Shown: piece by piece, positions 50,811-64,000 of the stretch
Layout: each line of letters opens with the position of its first letter
Position numbering within the stretch: position 1 is the stretch's first letter
Translations under genes and position numbers: made by a program
The notes under the pieces: model-generated
What the model was told of the DNA's origin: nothing
What the model saw: only the letters and a program-made list of their open reading frames with translations
The model's database searches: none
Source: Octopus bimaculoides
Lineage: Eukaryota
Direction of reading: 5' to 3'
Assembly (NCBI RefSeq): GCF_001194135.2
Contig: NC_068981.1
Span: 43,290,081-43,354,080, forward strand
Length of the DNA stretch: 64,000 bases

Positions 50811-52220
50811 GTTAGCCAATTTTAAAGGAAAAGTTTTTTTTCTCTTTCTGATGCTTATATTAACTGCTAAGTGCCTTAGAAAATGACAATATAGAAATGT
50901 TATAGAACTTTACCGTAAAGAAAGATCACCAGTTAACACATGATATACTTGTTATCATTTTCCATACCAAACATGACAATGGTGTATTGGTAACTCACAT
51001 AGCAATACTAAATGACTATATTGTTGTGGAGAAGAAAGCCTATAAAGCTAAGAAATTACACTGGCTTAGCTGTTGAATGCAAAATATTATGGCAGTTGAG
51101 GAATGCGTCCATCATCCCATTTATAATTGTTATAACTGGAATGATACACAATCAGATCAGTAAAGACATTGATGAATGACTTTAGGCATAGGAATATTTA
51201 AAAAAAATAGCTACACTAAGATCTAAAAATATGTTTGGATATTATTACATAGCATTTGTTAACCATTAAGATCAGATTTGATTTCCGTGTAGGACATCTT
51301 GGGTAGGTGCCATTTTTGATAGCTTTAGGTCAACCTGTACCACATGAGTGAAAGTCAAAAGAAAGTGGTGCCAAGGAAAGGAAAAGATAACTAGTTACAC
51401 AAAAAGAGAGATGAAATATATAGCTCTGCTTTGAATATAATTACAGCAGAAGAATAGAGCTGCTGTTAGAAGAATAATGGAGGGATGGGTGATAGGAAGA
51501 TGAGAAAGTGGGGAAGGCTTGACTAGGACAAATTGCATATGGGGTCCAGTTGTGTGTAATAGACATGAATAATGCTTTAAGGCCTCAGATTTGTAATGAT
51601 GGATTGGTTTTCTAAAAGCACTCTGAATGACTAATCCTCTCCATACTTATACATCTCTTTCATGAGCTCTTCACTGCCTCACCCTAGAGAAATGTGGATG
51701 TTTGCAGAATACAAGAGGTATGATGACAAGGAGCCTCAGCAACACTTTTCGTCTTCGTGTGTGCTCTTGATCTGCTTATTCCATTCTGTCCTTCTATGAT
51801 GTGTATCCTTATATGTGCATGCATCTGTGTTTGTGTCATTGTTCTTAGTAGCACTATCCAGCCCCATCCTCTGCTCCATTACCACTGCTGCTGCTCTTGA
51901 ACCCGACTTTTTGTACCACTCTTGTAACTCTCTATGTTTGTGTGCTCACCCATACTGCTGCCATCGTGATAGCTGTTGTTCTTCTCGCCATTGTTGTTAG
52001 TTGTGTTGTTGATATTGTTGCAGTTGTCTGTGAAGTTACTATATGTGTATTTGTGTGTGTATATGGGTCCGCTTCCTATGTTGTTTGTATCTGTGCCCTT
52101 CATACAGTGCTTTTTTTTATGTTCCTAATAATTTTTTATATTTGTCATAGGCATGTGCATATATGTCTATTGTATTTGTTTGTATCTGGCTTCTCTTTTT
52201 CTTCTTTCAGTCTTTAGTCA

Positions 52221-52760
52221 TCATGTTGTGTGGTGATGGGTGTTATTATTCCATTCATGTTTCCTGTTGAGGCTCGGCCTGTCTGTTGCTATGTGCCTCT
52301 GTGATCTAAGTGTTGTGTCAATTCTATGTGTTGATAATACTTTGACCGCTATGATATTGACTGAGTCTCTATGTTCTACTTGAGCATCTTGGTAGAGCAT
52401 TGTTGAGCTTTTCTCTTCTTTGAGCTCTTGCCAGTGTTCACCTATACACTCTCCTACGCAACATGCTGTCTCTGCAATGTCAGTAGTTGTCATGCTTTTG
52501 CACCATCCCTCAGTACATTGTAAGCTATACACTATATTCCTAATCTTACAGTTAACCTGTGGGTTCATCCTAGGACAATACAATTGTTCTCTGTACATGA
52601 GGACCTATCAAAGAGATAAGTTCTACAGATTAAGAATTTTATAAGGGCATCAGGCCTTTCTACTACTTTAATCTGTAGATTGGCCTTATCTAATGTTTTT
52701 CTAAAAGGGTATGCTAGTTTAACACCAGGGATACCATCAACGAACATGACACTCTGATAT
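52221..52760 (-). mobile_element. Penelope-like element linker plus GIY-YIG endonuclease remnant
   Basis: FVDGIPGVKLAYPFRKTL..IKVVERPDALIKFL, then NCKIRNIVYSLQC..C..IAET..GEH..LYQDAQVEH..PSLNRKHEW. Confidence 0.8.
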
Positions 52761-53126
52761 TTTTTGTTGTCATACCATGAGTTGGCCTTGTCTATTTTTT
52801 TCTGGCAATGGAGTAGGGGATGGGGCTGAGGGGAGGGTCATAGTCCTACTAGGGAAAATGACACACACACACACACATACAGATGCATGCACATATAAGG
52901 ATACATATCATAGAAGAACAGAATGGAGTAAGCAGAGCAAAAGCACACATGAAGACAGAAAGTGTTTCTGAGGAGATCACAGATGTGTGAGGAAAGATTT
53001 CCGGACAATGGACATGAGTTAGAATAAGAACAACAATAAACAAGTGAGGAACAAATATATAGTGTTTGTATTTATTTGGCAAAAACAAAAAAATCGCCCA
53101 TTCTGAAATACAACAATATCTATTTC

Positions 53127-53361
53127 TTATTTCTTTATTGCCCACAAGGGGCTAAACATAGAGGGAACAAACAAGAACAGACAAAGGGATTAAGTCGATT
53201 GCATCGACCCCAGTGCGTAACTGGTACTTAATTTATCGACCCAGAAAGGATGAAAGGCAAAGTCAACCTCGGCGGAATTTGAACTCAGAATGTCACAACA
53301 GACGAAATACCGCTAAGCATTCCGCCCGGTGTGCTAACGTTTCTGCCAGCTCACCGCCTTG
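53127..53361 (-). mobile_element. Young tRNA-derived SINE with a perfect 17-bp TSD
   Basis: TSD acaacaatatctatttc at 53110-53126 and 53362-53378; CpGs retained; distinct 3' tail. Confidence 0.92.
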
Positions 53362-53494
53362 ACAACAATATCTATTTCAATACACGACCTCACATCAGGA
53401 ATCTTGCAATGCAAATAAACGTAACATAAAAATAAATTTCCTGGATAGGGAGTAGTGATAGAGTAGGTGGTATCAGTATAGAGAAGTGGGTAGA

Positions 53495-54575
53495 TAAGGT
53501 GACTTAGGTAGTCAGACAATGATCATACTGGGCAACATGCCAATGAATTTTATGGTGTGCATGGAGGTTTTGGTTTTGGCACTAGAAATGAGGAGAGAGC
53601 AAGGCTCCTGGAGTTCTGTGATGCAAATATCTTACTGGTCTGCAATGCTAACTTCAGGAAACCAGCCAGCCATCTAATCACTTATCTGTTTGATGGGCAT
53701 TCAAGTCAGATTGATTTCATTCTCACCAGAAACAGGGATAGAAAAATGGTTACAAAGACAAAATTCTTTCTCAGTGAGGAAAATGCAACTTAACATAAGT
53801 TAGTGGTTAGTGACTTTGAACTTAAGGCTAGATGGACACAGTGACACAAACCAGTCTGGAAAAGCAAGTTATGGAAACTGAAAGATCCATCAAATAATCA
53901 GAGGTTTAGAGACATTCTGATTAAGGCATTTGAAGAGAAAGAGGAGGAGGTTGTGATGTATAATGCAGAGGACAACTGGAAGTTTCTTACTGGTAAACCT
54001 TCCAAAGGCTGCAGACCATGTCTGTGGCTGAGACCTAGTCTCTGCCAGATGGAGAGTGATTTGATGGTGGAATAGCAAAGTAGATGGGCCATAAAAGGGA
54101 AGAGGCAGGCTTGGTAAGATTGGAGTATTGGAGGCAGCAGAGAGCTATATCAGGTAAGAAGGGGTTTGTCAATGTCATACATCAGAAAGATCAGAGACTT
54201 GAAGTGTTCCAGATTGCTAGACAGTGTGTCAGAGAGCATCAAGATATTGTGGGAGAGAAGTCTGTGCAAATGGATAGTGGTATGCTTGTACTCAGTGACT
54301 CCAAAAAAAAAAGAGGCATGGAAATGCTCTTATAAAATGTGAGATGGAATGTTCCCTGTGTGAACCCAATAGAGGGACTGGCTATTTGTGTTGACAGCTG
54401 TATAATAGAGATGGCAATTAAGAATATGAAGACAGAGGAGGCCCTTAGTCCATTGAGAGTAACTACTGAGATGCTTTAAATATCAAGCAGAGTAGGATAT
54501 GGTTTAGTCACCTGTTTAGCTAATCAGGTTATTCAGGAAAGTGTCATCTCTATTAACTGGTATAACAGCATTATA
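53495..54575 (+). mobile_element. RTE LINE APE endonuclease to pre-RT region, decayed
   Basis: HGGFGFGTRNEERARLLEFCDANILLVCNANFRKPASHLITY..SQIDFIL..HKLVVSDF. Confidence 0.9.
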
Positions 54576-54580
54576 ATCTG

Positions 54581-54725
54581 TATCAGGACAATTACCCCTC
54601 TAGGACAATTACCCACCTTGGTTAATTACCTGCTCGCCAATATATTAAGAAGTTTTAAATCATCATCTGTTGTCCTCAGGGGTAATTGTCCTATTCACGG
54701 GGGTGGGGCTTAATGTTCTAGACTC
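54581..54725. mobile_element. Small foldback DNA element with subterminal repeats
   Basis: ggacaattaccc(c) at 54586 and 54603, inverted ggggtaattgtcc at 54679-54691. Confidence 0.65.
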
Positions 54726-54744
54726 TTATAAATCAGCTGTTACA

Positions 54745-56000
54745 TGTAACTCTTTTCCTTGGTGCACACAGTCTTGCATGAGTTTTTGTAATTTAGGATG
54801 TAGATTTATCAAAACCTTGAACCAAAATCTCTGAACTAGGTTCAGGCCAGCTGCTTTCCCTTTTCTCATCTTCCTGACTCCAGATAGAATATCTTCCAAT
54901 CTGATGATAATGTCCTCCTGCATCTCCATGCATGTCTTTGGATTCTTCCACTTCATGGGGTCAGGCTGTCCTGTTGTGTTTGACATTCTATGACATTCTA
55001 TGACCAGATCTTGCTCTAAAATAAAGTTGCTCCTTTGGGATCAGATAATTCTGCTTTTCCCTTATCCACTTCATCCAGAGTCTCACAGAATAGCTTCTGA
55101 TTTGCTATAAGCAGTTGATTTTGTCTAAACTGTTGACATATTCCTTGTATCTTTTGATCTTAACTCTACTCACTTTGATTTTTTGTTTCAACATATCCAA
55201 TATAAATAAAGCGTCCCTATCCATCAGGTGGTATTTCTTATCCATGTAATTCTGTTCTCTTTTATTGGGCCTCATATTTCCTTTCCTTACTTCTTCAATC
55301 TTACTTAAATCCTTCTGCTATCTAATGATGCTTTCTTTTATTCACCTTTTGTAGAATGGATCTTTTCTTTCTTTAACATTCCCATCTTCTCTATGATGAT
55401 ATAAGCAGTGGTATACATCAAAGAATTTAATTCAATGATATCCTTAATTGGAATTCTCATGACAACTTCATTGACTTTCCTGAATTCCGATCTTAGCTTT
55501 GCTCTGTCACATAACTTCAATGATGGTAAACTTTTCCATTCTTCAAGAAACGTTACTTCTAGAGTTCTGTCATGGAGTATAGCTAGTTCTGGGTTAATTT
55601 CTTCTGGTAACTCTCTAGATGCAAGTACACTAATGTCTTCTATATATTGTAGATTTCCTCCCACAATGTCACAGCTTTGTAGATTCTCCTGTTCTATGGG
55701 TATTTCTTCTGGACCAGTAGTCCTCTGAAATACCTTTCTCACTTCCATTATAATCTTCTCTTGTCCCACCTGCTCTAAACACATCTTGGTCTTAATTTAT
55801 CGAATCTGATCAGTCAATCTTTGTTCATTCATATCCTTTAGTTTTTCATAAGGATGATATTTTTTCCATAGCCCCATTTGACTGCTCATTTCTAATATAA
55901 CACCCAAACAACACTTTATTGTTCTCTTTTGTCTGTTCTAATTGTAACTTGATTATGACCAAGCCTGCACTGCTGTTCCACAGGACATCTGACAGCATGA
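54745..56000 (-). mobile_element. R4/Dong-clade LINE ORF N-terminal to early-RT fragment
   Basis: ENNKVLFGCYIR..LPSLKL..KVNEVV..IIELNSLMYTTAYIIIEKMG..EDILSGVRKMRKGKAAGLNLVQRFWFKVLINLHPKL; may extend to ~56420. Confidence 0.8.
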
Positions 56001-56475
56001 CATTTTTGCTGAAAACTCCAGCCTCATTGACACTGCTAGGATTACTTCTCATTATTAACATTTATCTCATAATTGAGGTATGTGTTTTAAGGTTACCACC
56101 AACCAGTAATTATATCACATTACTATCACTAAATAGGGTGTCAGCTAAGATTTCCAAGAGGCCTGTCTGCCCTCATTGAAGCTGGTTATCCTGCACTGAT
56201 TGCCACCTCCAGTATTTATCCTTGCAGTACTTAAAGACTCATATAGTTGGATGGCCTTTAACATTAGTGAGTCCATCTGGCCTTTAACATATTTTGTTTT
56301 GTTCCCTGTAGGGTATCCAACAAAATCCATCCTCCTTACCAGGCAAGTACTTGGTAGGTTTGCCAATTTAGTCACCGATGGCCTGACCATGAATCAGGTT
56401 GTTCTGGATTACATGTTACCAATAACACTAAAAGTGAACTGGCACATTACTACTGTTATTATTACAACTACCAAT

Positions 56476-56690
56476 TAAGGCGGTGAGCTGGCCATATTGT
56501 TAGCACGCAGGACAAAATGCTTAGAAGTATTTTGCCCATCACTACATTCTAAGATCAAATTCTGCCAAGGTCGAATTTGCATTTCATCCTTTCAGGGTCG
56601 ATAAAATAAGTACCAGTTGAACACTGGGGTCGATGTAATTGACTCATCCCCTCCACCAAAATTGCTGCCCTTGTGGCAAAATTTGAAACC
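56476..56690 (+). mobile_element. tRNA-derived SINE with 18-bp TSD
   Basis: TSD attattacaa(c/t)taccaat at 56458-56475 and 56691-56708. Confidence 0.9.
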
Positions 56691-57189
56691 ATTATTACAA
56701 TTACCAATGCCATCACTACCACTGACACTATTACTACGATAAAAACCAATAGTATTCTTATTATTATCACGACTGCTATCTCTATTGTTATCATTGTTAT
56801 TAAGATCATCCACACTGACATTATCATTAACAAAATTAAACAGGGGGTGATGGGATGAAATTGGGTTTTCAAGATATCTGGTAACAAAATTCCTGATACA
56901 AAATTTCCAGAATTTCCAGTACAAATGTCTTCAGTATAAGAGGTGGGGGAAATATTGGGTGGGTAAACTGCCAGCAAGCAAGCAATTTCTGACATTGAAG
57001 AGAGAGAAAACAATCAAAAATTGAAATGATGAGAGGAAAAAAAATATATCTAAAACTAACAGACAACTAACTTACTAACATTGACATGGAAGAGGAAACA
57101 ACTGTTTTCGCTTGCATCTAATGAACTGTATATTGACACAATAGTCCATGTTTAGATGATAGTTCATAATACACAACTGATCTGAGCAT

Positions 57190-57650
57190 GATCATTGCAT
57201 CCAAGCATGATCGTTGCTACATCCTAGTGTGATCGTTGCCAGAGCAGCTCACTGGCTTCTGTGCCAGTGACACATAAAAAGCACCATTTGAGCGTGATCA
57301 TTACTAGTGTTGCCCTACTGGCACTTGTGCTGGTGGCACGTGAAAAGATATTCGAGTGAGGTCGTTGCCAGTGCCGCTGGACTGGCTCCTGTGCAGGTGG
57401 CATGTAAAAAACACCATTTGAGCGTGGCCATTGCCAGTACCGCCTGACTAGCCCTTGTGCTGGTAGCATGTAAAAGCACCCATTACATTCTCAGAGTGGT
57501 TGGCATTAGGAAAAGCATCCAGCTGTAGAAACTCTGCCAGATCAGATTGGAGCCTGGTGCAGCCATCTGGTTTGCCAGTCCTCAGTCAAATCGTCCAACC
57601 CATGCTAGCATCGAAAGCGGACGTTAAACACTGATGATGATGATAATGAA
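57190..57650 (+). mobile_element. RTE 3'-tail element with ~4-5 tandem ~65-bp modules
   Basis: Register at 57281, 57347, 57411, 57476; full tail to gttaaacactgatgatgat. Confidence 0.9.
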
Positions 57651-57689
57651 ATGCAGCTTCAAAATAACAGCATTAACATAAGAAACAGC

Positions 57690-57737
<48 letters not shown>

Positions 57738-57754
57738 CATTATTATTATCATCA

Positions 57755-58129
57755 TTATTACCTCCACCTTAGCAAAGGCAGAGGTATTGTTTTCAGTCGT
57801 GTTTTGTCTGTTTGTTTGTTTGTCCATGGTCAAGATTTCTCAAGAACCACTTGATGGATTCGGATGGAACTTTCAAGGATGTTTGGCCTCAAAACTGGCA
57901 CAAACTGATTAGATTTGGGGATTGATCCGATACCGGGTAAGGATTCTGGATTATTTTACTTGTTTTTTACTTAAATTTTGAGAGCAGTCGGGTTCATTTT
58001 TAATATTCTCTTTTGTGAGAGCAATTGAGTTTATTTCAAATATTCTCCTTTTAAAAAATCATCTCTGGCTACTCATTGAGACGATGTTGGTGTTTTCTTG
58101 GCAGAGGTTTGCCCTCTCGGAATGCTCTT
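57755..58129 (+). mobile_element. Unclassified non-autonomous DNA element (possibly Crypton-type), copy 2
   Basis: ttattacctccacc..ggcagaggtttgccctctcggaatgctctt, homologous to 17771-18145; flanked by (TTA)n. Confidence 0.6.
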
Positions 58130-58160
58130 ATTATTATTATTAATATTATTATTATTATTT

Positions 58161-58580
58161 AAGGTGGTGATCTGGCAGAATCCTCTGCATGCCAGGCAAA
58201 ATGTTTAGTAGAATTTCTTTCGTCTTTATATTCCGAGTTCAAATTCTGCCAAGGTTGACTTTGCCTTTCATCCTTTCAGGGTCGATAAATTAAGAACCAG
58301 TGAAGCACTGGGGTCGATGTAATCGACTACCTCCTCTCCTAAAATTTCAGGCCTTTTGCCTTTAGTAGAAAGGATTATTATAATTATTATTTCTAGAGTA
58401 GGTGCAAGGCCTGAAATTTTGAGGGGAAGAGGAAGTCAATTACATTTATCTGAGTGCTCAAATCATATTTATTTTATTGATCCTGAAAAGATGAAAAGCA
58501 TCATAGTGGACCTCAGCATCATTTGAGCAAGGAATACAAAGTGTTGGAAGAAACGTCACTAAGTATCTTATCTAATGTGC
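58161..58580. mobile_element. Two SINEs of one family in tail-to-tail inverted orientation
   Basis: Plus copy ~58161-58379, minus copy ~58392-58580; aaaatttcaggcctt (58341-58355) / aaggcctgaaatttt (58406-58420). Confidence 0.85.
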
Positions 58581-58591
58581 TTACAATACTA

Positions 58592-58623
<32 letters not shown>

Positions 58624-59224
58624 ATGATGATAATAAAATTACTATTATTAAAATTCTGCCACTATGATAATTCTGATGAATAATGAGATTTTCTTATTTT
58701 ATTACAATGTTAAAACAACAAAAACAAAAAGAACAGACTGAAATAAAATGAGTTACTTTTGGATGTGCTTATGTATGCTTATTTTCACAATAAAAATTCT
58801 TACGTATGTAGCATATTGTTTATTTAATAACTGTAAGTTAAACTACAGATAAGTGTAAGTTTTTGATATTCTTAAATCAGACAACAATACAACCAAATAC
58901 AATAGAGAGTTACATATGTAAGATAGTGAGATGAAGAAAAGAACTTTTGATTAACTGAGATTTGTATTTAGTATGGAGACTGATCTCCAAGAATGTTGGA
59001 CAAAAAAAAAATTGCTTTGCAATATTTGTTTTGGATCTTTATGATTTCAGTTTAAATCCTATTGAGGTTAAATTTGCTTTCCATCCTTTCAAGGTCAATA
59101 CTGGGGTTGATTTAATTGCCTGTCTCCTTCCCCATATTTTTGTCCATGTACCTGTTTCAGAAATTATTATCAACAATATAATCTAATAAGCTGTTTCTTA
59201 TGTTAATAGCTGCTATTTTGAAGT

Positions 59225-59365
59225 TGCATGTCATTATCATCATCATCATAATCATCATTTAACGTCCGCTTTCCATGCTGGCATGGGTTGGAAGATTTGA
59301 CTGAGGACTGGCAAACCAGAAGGTTCCACCAGGCTCCAATCTGATCTGGCAGAGTTTCTACAGTA
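59225..59365 (-). mobile_element. Short truncated RTE tail
   Basis: catcatttaacgtccgctttccatgctggcatgggttgg..ctggcagagtttctacag. Confidence 0.85.
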
Positions 59366-60016
59366 TCTAATACTGTATCTCGAAACATATTATGCAGTAT
59401 GTACCTTGCATTTTGAAAAATGGTAGAGTGTGCTATAAGGAAGATTTTGCTGCTATTACCAACATGTCAACCAAATGCATATCTGATCTCTTGCTAGGAA
59501 AATGTTACATATGAAAGTTTAGCATTCCTGTCCAGGAGCAGAATTATATGATGGTAGTGAAGCTGGACTATATGACTTGTGGATACTGCTTATGATAGAT
59601 TTGGCTGTTGTTATTACCATTCTTGTTGCTGCTGATATTGTTGTCGACGCCTTTTGTTTGACTCTAGATCAGTCATGATTCAAAACTCCCATCATAAGAA
59701 CCCAGTTTGAATATGCAGGCATGTGTTATATGTTTGTGTCTCTCTGCTTTGACATTGAATAATGGTTGTAAATGAGTATCACGATTAAACAAGTGGTGTC
59801 TATTTTTTCCAGTCTTCTGTGGAAAGATGTCTAGACATGGGGAAATGTTGCCTTACTTAGAAACAAGTGAGGGTTAACAACAAGAAGGGCATCTAGCAAT
59901 AGAAAATCTTCCCCAACGAATTCCATTTGACTCATTCAAGCATAGAAAAGTAGGTATTAAATCATTGATCATATATACGTACATACATACATACATACAT
60001 ACAGGCATACATAATA

Positions 60017-60270
60017 TCATCATCATCATCGTTTAACGTCCGCTTTCCATGCTAGCATGGGTTGGACGATTTGACTGAGGACTGGTGAAACCGGATGGCA
60101 ACACCAGGCTCCAATCTAATTTGGCAGAGTTTCTACAGCTGGATGCCCTTCCTAACATCAACCACTCAGAGAGTGTAGTGGGTGCTTTTACGTGTCACCC
60201 GCACAAAAACGGCCACGCTCGAAATGGTGTCTTTTATGTGCCACCCACACAAGCCAGTCCAGGGGCACTG
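60017..60270 (-). mobile_element. RTE 3'-tail element
   Basis: catcatcatcgtttaacgtccgc..ctggatgcccttcctaac..gggtgcttttacgtgtcac. Confidence 0.9.
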
Positions 60271-60313
<43 letters not shown>

Positions 60314-60334
60314 TATGTATACATATGAGATTGT

Positions 60335-60700
60335 AAGTGCAGGCGCGGCTGTGTGATAAGAAGCCATAGACACAGGTATGGCTGTATGATAAGCTTGCTT
60401 CCCAACCACATGGTTTTGGGTTCAGTCCCATCATGTGGCTCTTTGGGCAAGTGCTTTCTGCTTTAGCCTCAGGCTAACCAAAGCCTTGTGAGTAGATTTA
60501 GTAGACGGAAACTGAAAGAAGCCTGTTGTATATATATATATATATGTATATATATATTAGTGGTTTGGCAAAAGATACCAATAGAACAAGTACTAAGCTT
60601 GCAAAGAATAAGTTCTGAGGTCAATTAATTTGACTAAAGGTCGTACTCCTGCATGACTGTAGTCAAATGACTGAAACAAGTAAAAGAATAAAAGTATAAA
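60335..60700 (+). mobile_element. CORE-type SINE (family of 10536)
   Basis: ggctgtatgataagcttgcttcccaaccacatgg..ggttcagtccca..tttgggcaagtgc..gaaactgaaagaagcc(TA)n..gactgaaacaagtaaaaga. Confidence 0.85.
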
Positions 60701-60709
60701 AGAATATAT

Positions 60710-60960
60710 ACAAGGTGCAATGGATAAATTGTTGCATTTTATATTTTTAATTTTGTGCATGTGCATTGCTTGTTTTGTTCTTGTCAGCTACATAGCAGAG
60801 TAGGGTTGGTTGGGCACTATCTGTGAGAAAAACAGAACCATGACACAATTCACTCTGACAGAAATTTGGAAATGACATGCTGCGTGCTGTACTGTTTAAA
60901 TGATCAAATGTTCAAATCTTCACATAAATTTTAATAGGTTTCATAGGGATAGATAATATC
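60710..60960 (+). mobile_element. Possible Tc1/mariner left-end remnant
   Basis: TA-caaggtgcaatggataaattgttgc start; no matching right TIR seen. Confidence 0.3.
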
Positions 60961-61499
60961 AGAGTAAATCTTCAATGAATATTATAACAAAAGTACATTA
61001 TTGAAAGTTTGGTCATGTTGAGGTTTTATAGAATATGTGGAAAAGACAGAGAGAAAAAAAGGGAAGAGAGTAAGAAAATGGGTTTTTTCCACAATTTCTT
61101 TCTTGGTGCATGTAGTTCTTTTTTCTTTGCACAACGGTCTCTTTGCTTTACAGGGTTTTTTTTTGGGGGGGGGGGGAATTGGAAGATATTTTGTGTATAT
61201 ATATGTTTTCATGGGAAAGGATCTAATTTTTGATTGGTTATAATTGTGAGGACGTCTTATTCTTTCTGGTGGATGTTTTTGGTAAAAAAATACATTTTGT
61301 TTTAGCATTAGTGTTTTGGCTGGTTGGTTGGTTCCCTGTACATGGGAACAAGTTTTGATTACCTGTAGGTTTCGTGACATCACTTTATTTTGATAAAGAA
61401 CCTGATTCTGTTTTGGTCAAGTTTAGTGTTCTGCTTGGTTGACTTCCCTGTTGAGAATACAGACACACACAAACAGACACACACACATAAATATATATA

Positions 61500-61705
61500 A
61501 TCATCATCGTTTAACGTCCACTTTCTATGCTGGCATGGGTTGGACAGTTTGACATGGAGCTGGCTAGCAGTGAACTGTCCAGACTCCATTTGTCTGCTGT
61601 AGTATGGTTTCTATGATGAATGCCCTTCCAAACACCAACCCCATAACAATGTGCTCTGGGTGACTTTTACATGCCACTGGCATGGGTGCGTTTATGTGGC
61701 ACCCA
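61500..61705 (-). mobile_element. Decayed RTE 3'-tail element
   Basis: atcatcatcgtttaacgtccactttctatgctggcatgggttgg..gaatgcccttccaaacaccaacc. Confidence 0.8.
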
Positions 61706-62576
61706 TCCCTTTCTGATATCTCTACCATCGTAAGTAGAAGAAAAAGCTAAAGAGAAAGACATAGTATGTAATGCAATTTCACATAATTTTAAATGATTGG
61801 ATGGTCATGGCAGGAATGATTTTTCTCATAGTCATGCTTAATTAAAGTGGATCTCAGACTAAACTACAACAACAGTATACCGTTCACTTTCAATATACAT
61901 CCTGCATCTATTGTCCATAGACATTATATTTCTAAAGCAGTGCAAGCTGCTTCGACTGTTCATTTCAACAGCTGATTTTAATGACTAACCATTCTATCAA
62001 CTAACTTGTACAGCACCTGTCATGCAGGTTAACATGAATAGATCATGCCTTCTTCATTCTTCTGCCATTTATGTAGATTTTCCGAAGAGAGAAATATGTC
62101 AGTTTCTACTTGACAATTTACAATACAAACTAATGAGGCTTGGACAGAAATGATAGAATATACTTACTATAATGATAGCTATGTCATCGTCGTCGTCGTC
62201 GTCGTCGTCGTCGTCATCGTCGTCGTCCTCCTCCNNNNNNNNNNNNNNNNNNNNNNNNNNNNNNNNNNNNNNNNNNNNNNNNNNNNNNNNNNNNNNNNNN
62301 NNNNNNNNNNNNNNNNNNNNNNNNNNNNNNNNNNNNNNNNNNNNNNNNNNNNNNNNNNNNNNNNNNNNNNNNNNNNNNNNNNNNNNNNNNNNNNNNNNNN
62401 NNNNNNNNNNNNNNNNNNNNNNNNNNNNNNNNNNNNNNNNNNNNNNNNNNNNNNNNNNNNNNNNNNNNNNNNNNNNNNNNNNNNNNNNNNNNNNNNNNNN
62501 NNNNNNNNNNNNNNNNNNNNNNNNNNNNNNNNNNNNNNNNNNNNNNNNNNNNNNNNNNNNNNNNNNNNNNNNNNNN

Positions 62577-62617
<41 letters not shown>

Positions 62618-62825
62618 CACAAGGGGTGTTCATTAAAGATTTCCCCTGACTCACTTCTGGTTATTGCAGGAAACGGAACTTCAACAGGTATAATCCTCCA
62701 TATCCCTACATGTCACATTGTAAATTTCAGGGAGAAGTGTGTCACCATTGGTGATAACTATGTAGAGAATTATGCCAAGTTTCATTTATCCCAGTCCTTG
62801 GGAAGTGGGTCAGGGTGCCCCATCA
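62618..62825 (+). mobile_element. Mariner-derived non-autonomous remnant
   Basis: caaggggtgttcattaaagatttc start; REKCVTIGDNYVEN resembles the transposase end KCV..GDYVE; right end lost. Confidence 0.45.
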
Positions 62826-62839
62826 TTTTCTTTCTATCA

Positions 62840-62960
62840 AATCCACTAACACGTCTTTGATTAGCCCTGTCCTACAAAAGACACTTGCCCAAAATGCAAT
62901 ATTGTGCGATTGAATGTCAAATCATGTGATTGGGAAGCAAACTTCTTAACCGTGCACCCA
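62840..62960 (-). mobile_element. CORE-type SINE head remnant
   Basis: gacacttgcccaa..gcgattgaatgtcaaatcatgtgattgggaagcaaacttcttaacc. Confidence 0.7.
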
Positions 62961-64000
62961 TGTCCCTTATTCTTCTATCATAATTCCACTCTCATATAAA
63001 CTGCATTGAAGAAATACCTAGCCAACCCATTTACTTCACTTGCACTTTATTTTATTGAACCCACAAGACCAAAAAGCAACCCCCCCCCCAAAAAAAAAAC
63101 ATGTTGACCTTAGAAGGATTTAAAACACAAACTTGAAGGCTAGTAACTAAATACTAAAAGCATTTTAGTTCCCAATACACTACAAACTCTGTCAGTCTAC
63201 TGCCTGAGATTATAAAATATGATTTGACAAAAAATTAATTACTACTTCTAGCAGGTAAGCAGCCATGTAGAGCGTCTTTCATTAACACATATAGTTCATA
63301 GTTTTATGTAGATTCTGCACTTCAAAGCTGACACTTGGTTCATTTGACAGCCAAGTCACCTCTCACTCATTCCCTGGCCTTTGGGCAATTAATCCAACCC
63401 CATAAAAATGCACAATCCTGTGCAAATCATTGTGTTGAGACCATGTGTGTACTGTAAAGTATTTATAGAATGGAAATGGAATGGAAAAACTATGCATCAG
63501 CTGTTTGAAATATTTACAAAAGTTTAAGGAAATCTATTAAAAATATAGATAGGCAGAGCTTTTACGCACACAACATATACACATCTACATACATATTAGC
63601 TCACAAATATATGTGTGTGTGTATTTGTGTGTGCATATGTATGTATGTATGTGTATGTGTCTGCGTGTGTGTGTGAATATGAATACAAGCATGGAAAAGT
63701 GAATATTAAATGTTTATGATGATGATGACAGACACACACATATGTATGTATTATATATACATAAACATTTTTATAAACATATGCAAACATACAGACCTTT
63801 GTATGCGTATATATATATATGTGCGTAAATGTAAGCGTATGTATACGATAATTATGTGTGTATATGTATATGTGCCGGTAGACCTTCAAGCAATTTAAAT
63901 ATTGCTTTAGGCATTATTTTCCTATTGTCAGTTTAATTACTTCTCTTCGGCAGTATTTAATTAATAAACACTATTCTTTAATTATTAATAATAACTTTAA

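Overview
AT-rich, microsatellite-dense eukaryotic DNA with 7 assembly gaps. The repeat families (CORE-type and other tRNA-derived SINEs, RTE/Dong/Penelope retroelements, mariner MITEs) are what I associate with an octopod cephalopod genome; that is inference, no database check was run. No complete protein-coding gene is recognisable, so the window looks like a large intron or intergenic tract with only weak candidate small exons. Most ORF-track entries are microsatellite or TE artefacts. Main observations: (1) a young 867-bp insertion at 10576-11442 with an exact 18-bp TSD, one intact non-RT ORF and a hairpin-rich 3' UTR, a candidate ORF1-only (HAL1-like) retroposon; (2) a 600-bp foldback element at 46417-47016 centred on (TAACCC)7-TA-(GGGTTA)4; (3) a PHD-type C4HC3 finger inside the RT region of the local RTE LINE family; (4) a 66-bp hairpin plus H-type pseudoknot module tandemly amplified to variable copy number in that family's 3' UTR; (5) nested or templated events, including a hAT element in the YADD codons, local duplications, a SINE array and inverted SINE pairs. 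TE boundaries without a TSD are approximate.
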